A stretch of 64,000 nucleotides of DNA from Clostridiaceae bacterium (GCA_012840075.1 DUMC01000178.1:95326-159325), one strand, 5' to 3'; positions 19,967 to 30,424 are shown, numbered from the stretch's first letter. Notes: generated by a model from the sequence alone, not told the origin. Numbers and translations: made by a program.

Positions 19967-20236
19967 ATGGAGCTGGGTACGGTTACAAACATTGTTCAGC
20001 AAGCACTTTTAACAGTATTATATGTCGCAGCTCCCATACTGTTGTTGAGCCTAATAGTAGGATTAATAGTCAGCGTATTCCAGGCTGCCACTCAAATTCA
20101 GGAACAAACGTTGGCTTTTGTCCCGAAAATATTATCAGTTATAGCTGCAATACTCATTTTCGGCCCCTGGATGCTCAATAAACTTATTACTTTTACGAGG
20201 GGACTATATCTGAACATTGGTGAGTTTATAAAGTAA
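19967..20236 (+). CDS. fliQ: flagellar export apparatus protein FliQ
   Basis: 89 aa, two TM helices, QEQTLAFVPKI motif. Confidence 0.93.
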   Translation: MELGTVTNIVQQALLTVLYVAAPILLLSLIVGLIVSVFQAATQIQEQTLAFVPKILSVIAAILIFGPWMLNKLITFTRGLYLNIGEFIK

Positions 20237-20256
20237 ACCGACAGTATAAAAAGGGG

Positions 20257-21048
20257 TTGAGAAAAATACCAGAATTGTATATAATTGAAATATTTTTTTT
20301 AGTTTTTATGAGAATGACGGGTTTCTTTTTGATTAACCCGTTATTTGGTAGACAAAATGTACCTCAATACATAAAAATAGGATTTTCATTTTTGATTGCA
20401 ATAATAATGTATAATACCATTGACATATCAGGTTTTAGCAGCGTAGGCGGTGTATATAGTTACGTACAAGATATCGTAATAGAGTTTTTGACAGGGCTTA
20501 TTTTAGGTTTTATTTCATACGCAATATTTACTGCAATATATGTAGCCGGCCAGCTTATAGATATGCAAATTGGTTTTGGAATGATTAACATACTGGATCC
20601 CGTAAGCAATATACAGGTGCCATTAACCTCAAACTTCTATTTTATTATGAGCATGGTTGTGTTTTTATCGCTTAATGGGCATCACAGCTTGATAAAAGGC
20701 TTGTTTGAAAGTTATAAACATATACCTTTAGGTAGCGCGAATTTAGGTAGTGAAGTAGTAAGCAAAGCAGTGGAAGTGTTCGGAAATGTTTTAGAAATAG
20801 GATTTCAAATAGCTGCACCTGTTACGGCTGCGATTATTATAACAGAAATAGCATTAGGGGTTGTTTCCAGGACCATACCTCAATTTAACCTGTTTGTCGT
20901 TGGTATACCTTTGAAAATAGCCGTGGGTCTTATTATTATAATTGTGACCATTCCAATATTTATGGAATTGTTGGGCTCACTTTTTTCTGACACGTACAAA
21001 ATCATGATAGAAATTATGAATGAGATGGCTAAGGAGACCGGAGGATAA
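20257..21048 (+). CDS. fliR: flagellar export apparatus protein FliR
   Basis: 263 aa polytopic membrane protein between fliQ and flhB. Confidence 0.9.
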   Translation: MRKIPELYIIEIFFLVFMRMTGFFLINPLFGRQNVPQYIKIGFSFLIAIIMYNTIDISGFSSVGGVYSYVQDIVIEFLTGLILGFISYAIFTAIYVAGQLIDMQIGFGMINILDPVSNIQVPLTSNFYFIMSMVVFLSLNGHHSLIKGLFESYKHIPLGSANLGSEVVSKAVEVFGNVLEIGFQIAAPVTAAIIITEIALGVVSRTIPQFNLFVVGIPLKIAVGLIIIIVTIPIFMELLGSLFSDTYKIMIEIMNEMAKETGG

Positions 21049-22172
21049 TGGAGGTTAATAAAATTAACATAATTGTGGACCTTCAATTATTTGCCGAAGA
21101 CAAGGATGCAAAAACTGAAAAAGCAACGCCAAAAAGAAGGCAGGATGCGAGGAAAAAGGGTCAAATTTTTCAGAGCAGGGAAATCACATCGGCATTGGTA
21201 CTGATATCCGTATTTTTGGGACTTAAAGCGCTGAAAAGTAACATATACGGTGAGTTCAAAATTTTGACTCAAAGAGTGTTTACACAATTCATTGATACGG
21301 ATGAGTACTTTACACAAAATGGTATTTGGAGATTAACAGTCGATGTTTTAAGAAGTTTTGCAATTATAGCAGGTCCTATTATATTAATATCTCTTGCGGT
21401 AGGTTTTGTAAGTTCCTATTCACAAGTAGGCTTTTTGTTTACAACCGAAACTCTTAAGATAAAACTAGGTAGAATCAATCCCCTTCTGGGATTAAAAAGG
21501 ATGTTTTCGCCCAGAGGGCTTATTGAGTTATTAAAGGCTTTTGTTAAAATTATAATTGTTGGTTATGTTACCTACTCCAGTTTAAATAATGAGACAACAA
21601 ATATACTTGTTTTAATGAAAATAGGCGTAAATGAAACAGGTATATATATTATAGATACAGCAATAGTCACTGCTCTAAATATTTGTATAGCTTTGGCAAT
21701 TTTCGGTTTTATAGATTACGGTTGGCAATGGTGGGAATATGAAAGGAATTTAAGAATGACCAAAGAGGAAATTAAAGAAGAATACAAGCAAATAGAAGGA
21801 AATCCGGAGATTAAATCAAGAATTAAACAAAAGCAAAGGCAAATGTCCATGAGGAGAATGATGCATGAAGTACCAAAAGCAGATGTAATAATTACCAATC
21901 CTACTCACATAGCAGTAGCGATGAAATATGATGCAACAATTGATGAAGCTCCTGTAGTTGTAGCAAAAGGAGAAGGATACATAGCTATGAAAATAAAAGA
22001 AATTGCAAAGGCCAACAATATAGAAATTGTAGAGAATAGGGAGCTTGCCAGAACAATTTATGAAACCGTAGATATAGGTGAAGCAATACCACCGGAATTA
22101 TACCAAGCAGTTGCAGAGATTCTAGCATATGTATACAGTCTAAAAAATGCAAATGTAAGGGGAGGAGTATAA
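21048..22172 (+). CDS. flhB: flagellar export apparatus protein FlhB
   Basis: 374 aa. KTEKATPKRRQDARKKGQ N-terminus and NPTH autocleavage motif (ITNPTHIAVA). Confidence 0.95.
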   Translation: MEVNKINIIVDLQLFAEDKDAKTEKATPKRRQDARKKGQIFQSREITSALVLISVFLGLKALKSNIYGEFKILTQRVFTQFIDTDEYFTQNGIWRLTVDVLRSFAIIAGPIILISLAVGFVSSYSQVGFLFTTETLKIKLGRINPLLGLKRMFSPRGLIELLKAFVKIIIVGYVTYSSLNNETTNILVLMKIGVNETGIYIIDTAIVTALNICIALAIFGFIDYGWQWWEYERNLRMTKEEIKEEYKQIEGNPEIKSRIKQKQRQMSMRRMMHEVPKADVIITNPTHIAVAMKYDATIDEAPVVVAKGEGYIAMKIKEIAKANNIEIVENRELARTIYETVDIGEAIPPELYQAVAEILAYVYSLKNANVRGGV

Positions 22173-22178
22173 AACATA

Positions 22179-24200
22179 ATGAAGATTCAAGGTTTATCCG
22201 TTCCTATAGTTATAATCATCATAGTGCTGGTTTTTATTCTCCCAATACCCGGAGGAATACTTGATGTGCTTCATGCTGCCAACATAATGATATCTACAAT
22301 AATACTATTGAATACCATATATATTAGAGATGCTGAGGAATTGTCCATATTCCCAACTCTACTCGTCATTACTACAATTTTCAGGTTATCAGTCAATGTA
22401 GCGGCAACAAAACTAATACTTTCAGACGGAAGTGCAGGAAGGGTTATTGAGGGATTCGGAAACTTTGTTGCCAGAGGCAATATGGTAGTTGGTTTTGTTA
22501 TTTTCATCATAATTGTAATCGTTAATTTCCTTGTCATAACAAAAGGTGCAGAAAGAATAGCGGAAGTAGCTGCAAGATTTACTCTTGATGCCATGCCGGG
22601 TAAACAAATGGCAATAGATGCTGATTTAAACAGCGGTTTGATAAACGAAGAAGAAGCAAAAGAAAGAAGAAAAAAGGTGCAAAAAAGTGCAGATTTTTAC
22701 GGGGCTATGGATGGAGCGACAAAATTTGTCAAAAACGATGCTATTGCAGGAATTGTTGTAGCCCTTGTTAATATTGTGGGCGGTTTAATTACAGGAATGC
22801 TCATGAGAGGCGAGAGCTTCCAGGAAGCTTTAGAAACTTATGCACTGCTTACAATAGGAAACGGTTTGGTTTGCCAGATACCTGCCCTGATGATCTCCAC
22901 CGCAACCAGTTTTGTAGTAACAAGATCAGCATCAGACACGGAAATCGGTGATGAACTGTTAAGGCAGTTGTTTAACAATTATAAGGTTTTGTATATTGCA
23001 GCGGTTTTAAGTTTCATATTGTCCTTTTTCCTCACAAAAATACCTTTTTGGATTCTTACAGCATTGTTTATATACTTAGGATATGTGTTATCCAAGAAAC
23101 AAAAGCAAGAACCAATAACGGAAGAAGAAGAACAAGAGATACAAGCTGAAGAAATCAGGAAACCTGAAAACGTTATGGGTCTATTACAAATAGATCCACT
23201 CGAATTGGAATTTGGCTACGCCCTTATACCTTTAGCCGATGCAAGCCAAGGAGGAGATCTTTTAGACAGGGTTGTCATGATAAGAAGGCAACTTGCACTT
23301 GAATTGGGTATTATTGTACCCATAATAAGGCTTAGAGATAATATTCAGTTAGGTCCGAATGAGTATGTAATAAAAATCAAAGGAGTTGAAGTTGCAAGAG
23401 GAGAGCTGATGCCTGATCACTATCTGGCTATAAATCCCGGTACAGTAGATAAGGAAATTGAGGGAATAAAAACAACTGAACCTACCTTTGGGTTACCTGC
23501 GCTCTGGATTGCACAAAGTCAGACCGACAAAGCCGAAGTTGCGGGATATACCGTAGTCGATCCACCTTCTGTGATCACTACCCACTTGACAGAGGTCATA
23601 AAACAAAATGCTCATTTACTTCTTGGAAGGCAAGAGGTGCAATCCCTTATTGATAATGTAAAACAGAATTATCCTGTAGTTGTAGATGAATTAGTTCCAA
23701 AACTATTGACAATTGGAGAAATTCAGAAGGTTCTTGCCAATCTGTTAAAAGAAGGCGTGTCCATCAGGGATATGGTCACCATTCTTGAAACGCTCGGCGA
23801 TTATGCTCCTATAACAAGAGATACTGATGTACTCACCGAATATGTAAGACAGGCTTTAGGACGTTCAATAACGAAGAAATACTTTGAAGGCAATAAATCT
23901 ACGGTTATTACGTTGGATCCTGAGGTGGAACAAACTATCATGAACTCCGTGCAGAAGACGGAAACCGGCTCATACATAGCTTTGGAGCCAAGTATTGCAA
24001 ATAGGATTATTAACAGTTTGTCCAAACAGATACAGAAGTTTGCGGAAATAGGACAGCAACCAGTAGTACTGACATCACCAATAGTAAGAATGTATTTTAA
24101 GAAATTCACTGAACATGTCATACCGGGGCTTGTTGTTCTCTCATATAACGAGCTAGATCCAAATATGGAAATACAGACTATAGGGATGGTGAGTATTTAA
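22179..24200 (+). CDS. flhA: flagellar export apparatus protein FlhA
   Basis: 673 aa. FHIPEP-type membrane domain (ITKGAERIAEVAARFTLDAMPGKQMAIDADL) and a large cytoplasmic C-domain. Confidence 0.96.
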   Translation: MKIQGLSVPIVIIIIVLVFILPIPGGILDVLHAANIMISTIILLNTIYIRDAEELSIFPTLLVITTIFRLSVNVAATKLILSDGSAGRVIEGFGNFVARGNMVVGFVIFIIIVIVNFLVITKGAERIAEVAARFTLDAMPGKQMAIDADLNSGLINEEEAKERRKKVQKSADFYGAMDGATKFVKNDAIAGIVVALVNIVGGLITGMLMRGESFQEALETYALLTIGNGLVCQIPALMISTATSFVVTRSASDTEIGDELLRQLFNNYKVLYIAAVLSFILSFFLTKIPFWILTALFIYLGYVLSKKQKQEPITEEEEQEIQAEEIRKPENVMGLLQIDPLELEFGYALIPLADASQGGDLLDRVVMIRRQLALELGIIVPIIRLRDNIQLGPNEYVIKIKGVEVARGELMPDHYLAINPGTVDKEIEGIKTTEPTFGLPALWIAQSQTDKAEVAGYTVVDPPSVITTHLTEVIKQNAHLLLGRQEVQSLIDNVKQNYPVVVDELVPKLLTIGEIQKVLANLLKEGVSIRDMVTILETLGDYAPITRDTDVLTEYVRQALGRSITKKYFEGNKSTVITLDPEVEQTIMNSVQKTETGSYIALEPSIANRIINSLSKQIQKFAEIGQQPVVLTSPIVRMYFKKFTEHVIPGLVVLSYNELDPNMEIQTIGMVSI

Positions 24201-24203
24201 CAA

Positions 24204-25382
24204 ATGAAAATTAAGAAATACACAGCCAGCACAATCCAGGAAGCAATGTTGAAAGTTAAAATGGATTTAGGTAAAGATGCGTTAATAATAAATACAAGAA
24301 ATATACGGGGAAAAGGATTTTTTAAATTTTTTAAAAAACCAACTGTTGAAGTAATTGCTGCAGTAGATGAGCAAAAGTCTTCTTCAATTGAAATTCAAGA
24401 CGCTGCAAATTTTCGGGAAGCCTTAAATAAGCAAAGTGCATCTGTAATTAAAATGCAAAACCAAACTAGGCTGGATTTGCTTGAGAGTAAATTCAACAGT
24501 ATGGAAGAAACTCTTAAGAACATATATACACAAATAAAAAAAATATCAGATGAATCTATTGATAATTCTTCAACAAGCAATTGTAAAAAGAGCAAAAAAG
24601 GTTTACCTCAATTATTTTACGACAATCTTATAAAAAATGAAGTTGATGCTGATATAGCAAATGAATTAATTTCGCAGGTGTGTGAACAACTTGGAGATAA
24701 TGACAGTGTAAATGATTTTATTAACACATTATATAAAAAGGTTACAAGCCTAATAGGAAAGCCTTCTACTATTAGTCTCGAACATTCCAAAAAACCGTAT
24801 GTTGTTATATTTGCCGGACCTACAGGTGTTGGAAAGACTACAACTATTGCCAAATTGGCAGCCCATTATTATTTGAGTTACAATAAAAAAGTTTCAATGA
24901 TTACCGCAGATACATATAGAATAGCAGCCGTGGAACAATTAAAAGTATATGCTGACATCCTAGGTATACCCCTTTCCATAGTACGTTCGCCTGGCGAGAT
25001 GAAAGAAGCAATAAAAAACTTTGAAGATTCAGACCTGATTCTCATAGATACTGCAGGACGAAGTTACAGGGATACCAGCAGCTTTGAAGAAATTAAACAA
25101 ACAATAAATGCAGCAGACGCTGACGAAATATATATAGTGCTCAGCATGACGATGAGCACAAGAAACTGCAAAGAAGTTTTGGAAAACTATAAATTCCTTA
25201 ATAACTATAAGATTATTTTTACAAAATATGATGAAATTTCAGCGCCGGGAATAATTTTAAATACATTGTATTATGCAAGAAAGCAAGTTTCATACATAAC
25301 TACAGGTCAAAACGTACCAGATGATATTGAAGTTTTCGATACTGACAAAATAGCAAAAAAGATTATAGGCAATATCAACTAG
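24204..25382 (+). CDS. flhF: flagellar biosynthesis SRP-type GTPase FlhF
   Basis: 392 aa. G1 GPTGVGKTTTIAKLA, DTAGR, TKYDE motifs. Confidence 0.93.
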   Translation: MKIKKYTASTIQEAMLKVKMDLGKDALIINTRNIRGKGFFKFFKKPTVEVIAAVDEQKSSSIEIQDAANFREALNKQSASVIKMQNQTRLDLLESKFNSMEETLKNIYTQIKKISDESIDNSSTSNCKKSKKGLPQLFYDNLIKNEVDADIANELISQVCEQLGDNDSVNDFINTLYKKVTSLIGKPSTISLEHSKKPYVVIFAGPTGVGKTTTIAKLAAHYYLSYNKKVSMITADTYRIAAVEQLKVYADILGIPLSIVRSPGEMKEAIKNFEDSDLILIDTAGRSYRDTSSFEEIKQTINAADADEIYIVLSMTMSTRNCKEVLENYKFLNNYKIIFTKYDEISAPGIILNTLYYARKQVSYITTGQNVPDDIEVFDTDKIAKKIIGNIN

Positions 25383-25393
25383 TTACGAGGGGT

Positions 25394-26338
25394 ATGGAAA
25401 AAATGAGGGATCAGGCTGAAAGGCTTAGAGAGATCATTGACAACTTGAAAAAAAATCAAAAAATGAGGAGCAGCTTAAAAGAGGCAGAAATGAGTATGGC
25501 AAAAACGGCAGCAGAGGACAAATCGGCCAGGATAATTACAATTACCAGCGGTAAAGGTGGTGTAGGTAAAAGCAATATTGCTGTTAATATGTCTATTGCA
25601 TTAAGTAACATGGGATTTAAAGTAGCCTTAATTGACGGGGATCTGGGGCTTGCTAATGTTGATGTGCTTTTGGGAATTTCGCCGGAGTATTCCATGGCAG
25701 ATATTTTGCATTGCAATAAAAGCATTATGGAAGCATTATGTGAAGGACCCGGTGGTATAAAATTTTTATCCGGCGGGTCAGGTATTGAAGAGTTGGTAAA
25801 ATTGAACAAAGAACAACTGGAAAAATTTATTGGTAATATAGGAATTCTGGACAGTTATTTTGATATAATAGTCGTTGATACGGGAGCAGGAATATCAGAC
25901 AATGTGTTAAGCTTTGTTATGGCCTCGGACGAAGTGATTATTGTTACTACACCTGATCCAACTGCAATTATGGATGCTTACGCATTAATAAAAGTGATTT
26001 CTTCAAGAAGCAAAGATAAGGATATTAAAGTAATCGTTAACAGAGCCGAAAATGTCGGTGAAGCCAATAATGTACTTGAAAAACTCGTAATGGTTTCGGA
26101 CAAGTTTTTAAAAATGAAGGTTTCACCATTAGGATTTGTTCTGTATGATGAAAGCGTAATAAAAGCCGTAAAATCCCAAATTCCGTTTTTAACAAGTAAC
26201 CCTAACAGTGTAGCATCGAAGAATATCAGAAAAATAGCTGATAAATTGATTAACAGTGGGGCATATGCAGAGGGTGAAATAAAAAACAGCGGCATAAGGG
26301 ACTTTATAAATCGTGTATATAGTTTTTTAAAAAATTGA
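25394..26338 (+). CDS. flhG: MinD-type ATPase FlhG (YlxH)
   Basis: 314 aa. Deviant Walker A SGKGGVGKS. N-terminal DQAERLR FlhF-activator type motif. Confidence 0.9.
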   Translation: MEKMRDQAERLREIIDNLKKNQKMRSSLKEAEMSMAKTAAEDKSARIITITSGKGGVGKSNIAVNMSIALSNMGFKVALIDGDLGLANVDVLLGISPEYSMADILHCNKSIMEALCEGPGGIKFLSGGSGIEELVKLNKEQLEKFIGNIGILDSYFDIIVVDTGAGISDNVLSFVMASDEVIIVTTPDPTAIMDAYALIKVISSRSKDKDIKVIVNRAENVGEANNVLEKLVMVSDKFLKMKVSPLGFVLYDESVIKAVKSQIPFLTSNPNSVASKNIRKIADKLINSGAYAEGEIKNSGIRDFINRVYSFLKN

Positions 26339-26371
26339 TTTCACTTACTTATCTGGGAGGGTCTTCGACTA

Positions 26372-27058
26372 ATGCAGATTAAAGATATAAAAACCGGAAC
26401 AAAACTGAATCTGGAAATTTACGGCGATGATAATCAAAAAAATGATAAAACTCTAGTCAGCCAATTTGAATACAGTGAAGGAAATAATTACGTGGTTTTT
26501 CAGACGCCCGTGTACAAAGGAGTTTATTTTAATTTGCGCATAAATACTTTATTGAATGTGATATTTGTGCATAAAGATAAAGTTTACTCATTCAGAGGAG
26601 TAGTTGTTAAAAAATTTACAGTGAATGAATTGCCTTTTGTGAAAGTAGAAGTAATAAGTGAAATTGTGAATATTCAAAGACGAAGTGACTATAGGTTGGA
26701 ATGCACCTTGCAGATTAAATATAGGGAAGTTGAATTAGAAGGTTTAAAACTTATACCCAAAAAGGAAGAATTTACATCCACCTGGACTGTTAACATAAGC
26801 GGTGGAGGGATATGTATAGTTTTAAACGAAGAATTACCCGTGAATACATATTTAGAGTGTGTTGTTGACTTGGAAGAAAACCTTAGTGTAGGATTTATTG
26901 GAAAGATTGTAAGGATTGAGAAAATTGAAGATGAAAGTGCTTATTATAAATATAGAGCAGGGATGTCCTATCAAGTAATTAATAATAAAGATAGGGAAGC
27001 AGTTATAAAATTTATCTTTAAGGAACAACGTAAGTTAAGGCGCAAAGGAATTATTTAA
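26372..27058 (+). CDS. PilZ-domain c-di-GMP receptor, YcgR/MotI-like flagellar brake candidate
   Basis: 228 aa. PilZ signatures RRSDYR (RxxxR) and NISGGG (D/NxSxxG) with an N-terminal YcgR-like beta domain. Confidence 0.85.
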   Translation: MQIKDIKTGTKLNLEIYGDDNQKNDKTLVSQFEYSEGNNYVVFQTPVYKGVYFNLRINTLLNVIFVHKDKVYSFRGVVVKKFTVNELPFVKVEVISEIVNIQRRSDYRLECTLQIKYREVELEGLKLIPKKEEFTSTWTVNISGGGICIVLNEELPVNTYLECVVDLEENLSVGFIGKIVRIEKIEDESAYYKYRAGMSYQVINNKDREAVIKFIFKEQRKLRRKGII

Positions 27059-27118
27059 GTTTACTCAAGGCTGTAAAGCCCATATATAAGTCTAAAATGT
27101 ATGTTGAGGTGATATAGC

Positions 27119-29194
27119 ATGAATTCAGAGATGAATACTAATAAGTATCTAGAAGTTTTTATTGAAGAAGCAACGGAAAATCTACAAAATTTAAATCAGG
27201 CTCTTCTTGAATTAGAAAACAATCCTGAAGAAGAAGTGATTAATAGTATTTTTAGGATTGCCCATACATTAAAGGGAATGTCAGCAACGATGGGCTTTAC
27301 AAAAATGTCAAAATTAACGCACAGAATGGAAGATGTTTTTCAGGAAGTCAGAAACAATAAAATCAAGCTGGATTCTGATAAGATAGACATTTTATTTAAC
27401 AGCTTAGACGCCCTTGAAAGCTATCTGAAAAACATCGTTAACCACGGTTTTGAAGGTGAAGAGGAATATGATCACATAATTGAAGCTCTTGAAAGTTTTA
27501 AGAACAAAAAAGAAGAATTTACACATGTTACAAAAGAAGAAACTCCTTTTACAAAAGAACAATCACAAATAACAAAACTAAATATATACGAAGTTGACGT
27601 CATAAAGAAAGCATATGAGATGAATTTAAAAACATATTACATAACCGTCAACCTGGATAAAGGTTGTGTGTTAAAATCAGCAAGAGCATATATTATATTC
27701 CAGGTATTAGAAAAATATTCGGAAATAATAAGAACAGAGCCACCGGTTGAAGATATTGAAGATGAAAAATTTGAATTCAGTTTTTCTGTCCTTATTATTT
27801 CCAAGTATCCTGCGGAATCTTTACACAAAGAGTTAATGTCAGTAGCCGAAGTGGAAAGCATTAATATAACAGAGCTTACAAAAGAAAATACCGTTCTCGA
27901 TACTGAAAATACAGCCTTGATCAGTCGCGGTGCCAAAAAACAGGAACCTAAAGGTAATAATTTTCAAAGCATCAAAACTAAAGATTCAACAATCAAGGGC
28001 GGAATTGGAATTAAAGATAAATATGCAGAAAAAATAAAGGCAAATACAATTAAAACTGTTAGGGTAGACATTCAAAAGCTTGATGTATTGCTTAATCTTG
28101 TAGGAGAATTGATCATACAAAAATCAAGATTGGAAGAACTTTATGACGGTAAGAATCAAGCTTACCAGGAGGCAGTTCAATATCTGGAGAGAATTATTAC
28201 CAGTTTGCATGAAGCCATTATGAAAGTTAGAATGGTACCTATCGAAACGGTTTTTAACCGCTTCCCGAGAATGGTAAGAGATTTATCTAAAAAATTGAAC
28301 AAAGAAATAGAGTTGAACATGTCAGGTGAAGAAACCGAATTGGACAGGACTATTATTGATGAAATCGGAGAACCGATAGTACATTTGTTAAGAAATTCAA
28401 TAGATCATGGTATTGAAAATCCTGAAGAACGCCTTGCCAAAGGAAAATCCAGAAAGGGACATGTTGACCTGAAAGCTTACCAAGAAGGTAACAACGTTAT
28501 TATAGAAGTTGCGGATGACGGAGAAGGCATTAACATTGAAAAAGTAAAACAAAAGGCAATTGAAAAAGGAATGGTAACTTTTGACGAAGCTTCAAATATG
28601 TCCAAAAATGAAGTAATAAATCTTTTATTTAAACCGGGAATGAGCACAGCTAAAGTTATTAGTGACATATCCGGCCGAGGTGTAGGACTTGATGTTGTAA
28701 AAACCAAAATTGAATCTTTAGGTGGAGCCGTAGAAGTAGAGAGTGAAATAGGTGTAGGTACCCGATTTATAATCAAGTTACCATTGACCCTTGCCATGAT
28801 ACAAGCTTTATTGGTATATGTTGGAGGAGAAAGATATGCTATTCCACTTGGCAGCATAATGAAAATTGTGAAAATAAAATCGGAAGAAATCAAGCTTGTG
28901 CAAAAGAGAGAAGTTATATTCCTTAATGACAGTATTGTACCGTTAATTCGGCTGAATAAAGTACTGGAATGCCCAAATGAGAGTGAAAACGGAAATATAA
29001 TCACGGCGGTTGTCATCAATAAAGGCGGAAAGCTGTTTGCCCTAGCTGTAGACAGTCTAATAGGCCAGCAGGAAATAGTAATAAAAAATTTAGGAAAATA
29101 TCTTGCAGGTCTTAAGTTTATTTCCGGCGGAACAATCCTCGGCGACGGTAATGTTGCATTGATTCTTGATATTAATTATATTGCAGCCTCTTAA
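27119..29194 (+). CDS. cheA: chemotaxis histidine kinase CheA
   Basis: 691 aa. Hpt motif RIAHTLKGMSATMGF. HATPase motifs DDGEGI and GRGVGLDVV. C-terminal CheW-like domain. Confidence 0.96.
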   Translation: MNSEMNTNKYLEVFIEEATENLQNLNQALLELENNPEEEVINSIFRIAHTLKGMSATMGFTKMSKLTHRMEDVFQEVRNNKIKLDSDKIDILFNSLDALESYLKNIVNHGFEGEEEYDHIIEALESFKNKKEEFTHVTKEETPFTKEQSQITKLNIYEVDVIKKAYEMNLKTYYITVNLDKGCVLKSARAYIIFQVLEKYSEIIRTEPPVEDIEDEKFEFSFSVLIISKYPAESLHKELMSVAEVESINITELTKENTVLDTENTALISRGAKKQEPKGNNFQSIKTKDSTIKGGIGIKDKYAEKIKANTIKTVRVDIQKLDVLLNLVGELIIQKSRLEELYDGKNQAYQEAVQYLERIITSLHEAIMKVRMVPIETVFNRFPRMVRDLSKKLNKEIELNMSGEETELDRTIIDEIGEPIVHLLRNSIDHGIENPEERLAKGKSRKGHVDLKAYQEGNNVIIEVADDGEGINIEKVKQKAIEKGMVTFDEASNMSKNEVINLLFKPGMSTAKVISDISGRGVGLDVVKTKIESLGGAVEVESEIGVGTRFIIKLPLTLAMIQALLVYVGGERYAIPLGSIMKIVKIKSEEIKLVQKREVIFLNDSIVPLIRLNKVLECPNESENGNIITAVVINKGGKLFALAVDSLIGQQEIVIKNLGKYLAGLKFISGGTILGDGNVALILDINYIAAS

Positions 29195-29205
29195 GGTGAT
29201 ATTGG

Positions 29206-29245
29206 TAGGATACATTTAAGTTTATTAGGAGGATACACTTAAGTT
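29206..29245. repeat. 16-nt direct repeat AGGATACA(T/C)TTAAGTT x2 in the cheA-cheW spacer
   Basis: Copies at 29206-29221 and 29230-29245, 15/16 identical, period 24 nt. Confidence 0.85.
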
Positions 29246-29268
29246 AAGGTAAGAAAGGAGTTTTGGAA

Positions 29269-29751
29269 ATGGTGAATATATATAACACCAAAATAAATAA
29301 AGATACAGGCGTGAACACGAACAATGATAAAACAATAAAGGTTTTATCCTTTGTACTTGATGATCAGGAATACGGAATAGATATAAATTACATAACCACG
29401 GTTATTGAGAATGATTATTCAATCACAAGAGTTCCGGGAACACCTAAATTTATAAAAGGTGTCATTAATTTAAGGGGTGATATAGTACCTATAATGGAAT
29501 TAAGAAACAAGCTTAAGCTTCCTCCTGTAGAAGATACCATTGATACAAAAGTTATTGTTGTAGATTTTAACGAGGTTCTGCTTGGCATTAAGGTAGATAA
29601 AGTTAATGAAGTTATTGAAATACCCAAGAGCTCGTTTGAACCTTTATCAAGCATATCCGATGATGAAAATTTGGAGTACTACCAAGGTATCAGCAAGGTA
29701 GGAGACAAAATAATAATTTTAATTGATATTGAAAAAATCATTGAAATCTGA
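29269..29751 (+). CDS. cheW: chemotaxis coupling protein CheW
   Basis: The ORF opens at TTG 29263. ATG 29269 is 8 nt after SD AAAGGAG. CheW fold motif VINLRGDIVPIMELR. Confidence 0.93.
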   Translation: MVNIYNTKINKDTGVNTNNDKTIKVLSFVLDDQEYGIDINYITTVIENDYSITRVPGTPKFIKGVINLRGDIVPIMELRNKLKLPPVEDTIDTKVIVVDFNEVLLGIKVDKVNEVIEIPKSSFEPLSSISDDENLEYYQGISKVGDKIIILIDIEKIIEI

Positions 29752-29779
29752 GTTTTAATAGGGGGCTGATACAAAAATA

Positions 29780-30424
29780 ATGGATAAAATTGATTTTAAT
29801 AAACTGAGCAGCTATCAATTGGATGTTTTGAAAGAAGTGGGAAATATAGGTGCCGGAAATGCTGCAACAGCACTTTCAAAGCTTTTGAAAAAGAAAATAA
29901 CAATGTGTGTTCCAAATGTTAGAATTATGGAGTTTAAAGAAGTCAGCTACATGCTTGAGAATGCGGAAAAACCCGTTATAGGAGTGCTGATACAGATAGT
30001 AGGTGATTTCTCAGGGTATATACTTATCATTCTGGAATATGAAACAGTTGGTTTGTTTTTGAATAATCTGGCCGAAAGCACCTCCATTAGATTTGACAGT
30101 CCGGGAGAAGAATTTGAATTTTCGGAAATGGAATTGTCAGCTTTGAAAGAGGTAGGTAATATATTGGCAGCTTCTTATCTTTCCGCTTTAAGTGACTTAA
30201 CCGGGTTAAGAGCGTGTACTACAGTACCTTCAATAGCTATCGACATGGCAGGATCCATACTTAGCTTTCCTGCTATAGAAATGGGAAAATTTTGCAGTAA
30301 TGTTATGTATATAGAGGCAGGTTTCTATGAAGGTACTAACAGAATAAAAGGTGATTTTATTTTAATTCCTGCACTTGAAGCTTTCGAAGTATTATTAAAA
30401 GTATTGGGAGCAAGTGAATCATGA
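29780..30424 (+). CDS. cheC: CheY-P phosphatase CheC
   Basis: 214 aa. Duplicated motif EVGNIGAGNAATALSKLL / EVGNILAASYLSALS. Confidence 0.88.
   Translation: MDKIDFNKLSSYQLDVLKEVGNIGAGNAATALSKLLKKKITMCVPNVRIMEFKEVSYMLENAEKPVIGVLIQIVGDFSGYILIILEYETVGLFLNNLAESTSIRFDSPGEEFEFSEMELSALKEVGNILAASYLSALSDLTGLRACTTVPSIAIDMAGSILSFPAIEMGKFCSNVMYIEAGFYEGTNRIKGDFILIPALEAFEVLLKVLGASES

Noticed and set aside
19960-20181. 73-aa ORF overlapping fliQ in another frame
   Set aside because: fliQ (19967..20236) has the conserved two-TM FliQ sequence. The overlapping frame is Ser/Cys/His-rich with no support.
28477-29019. Long antisense ORFs opposite strong genes (for example 28477..29019, 61732..62271, 16444..16884, 44248..44691, 32576..32998 and 37357..37755, all - strand)
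   Set aside because: Each is nested antisense within a gene carrying clear family motifs (cheA, yqfD, fliM, the ABC ATPase, the FapA-like gene, pdp). The translations are low-complexity S/I/L/F-rich with no SD, so they are shadow ORFs.
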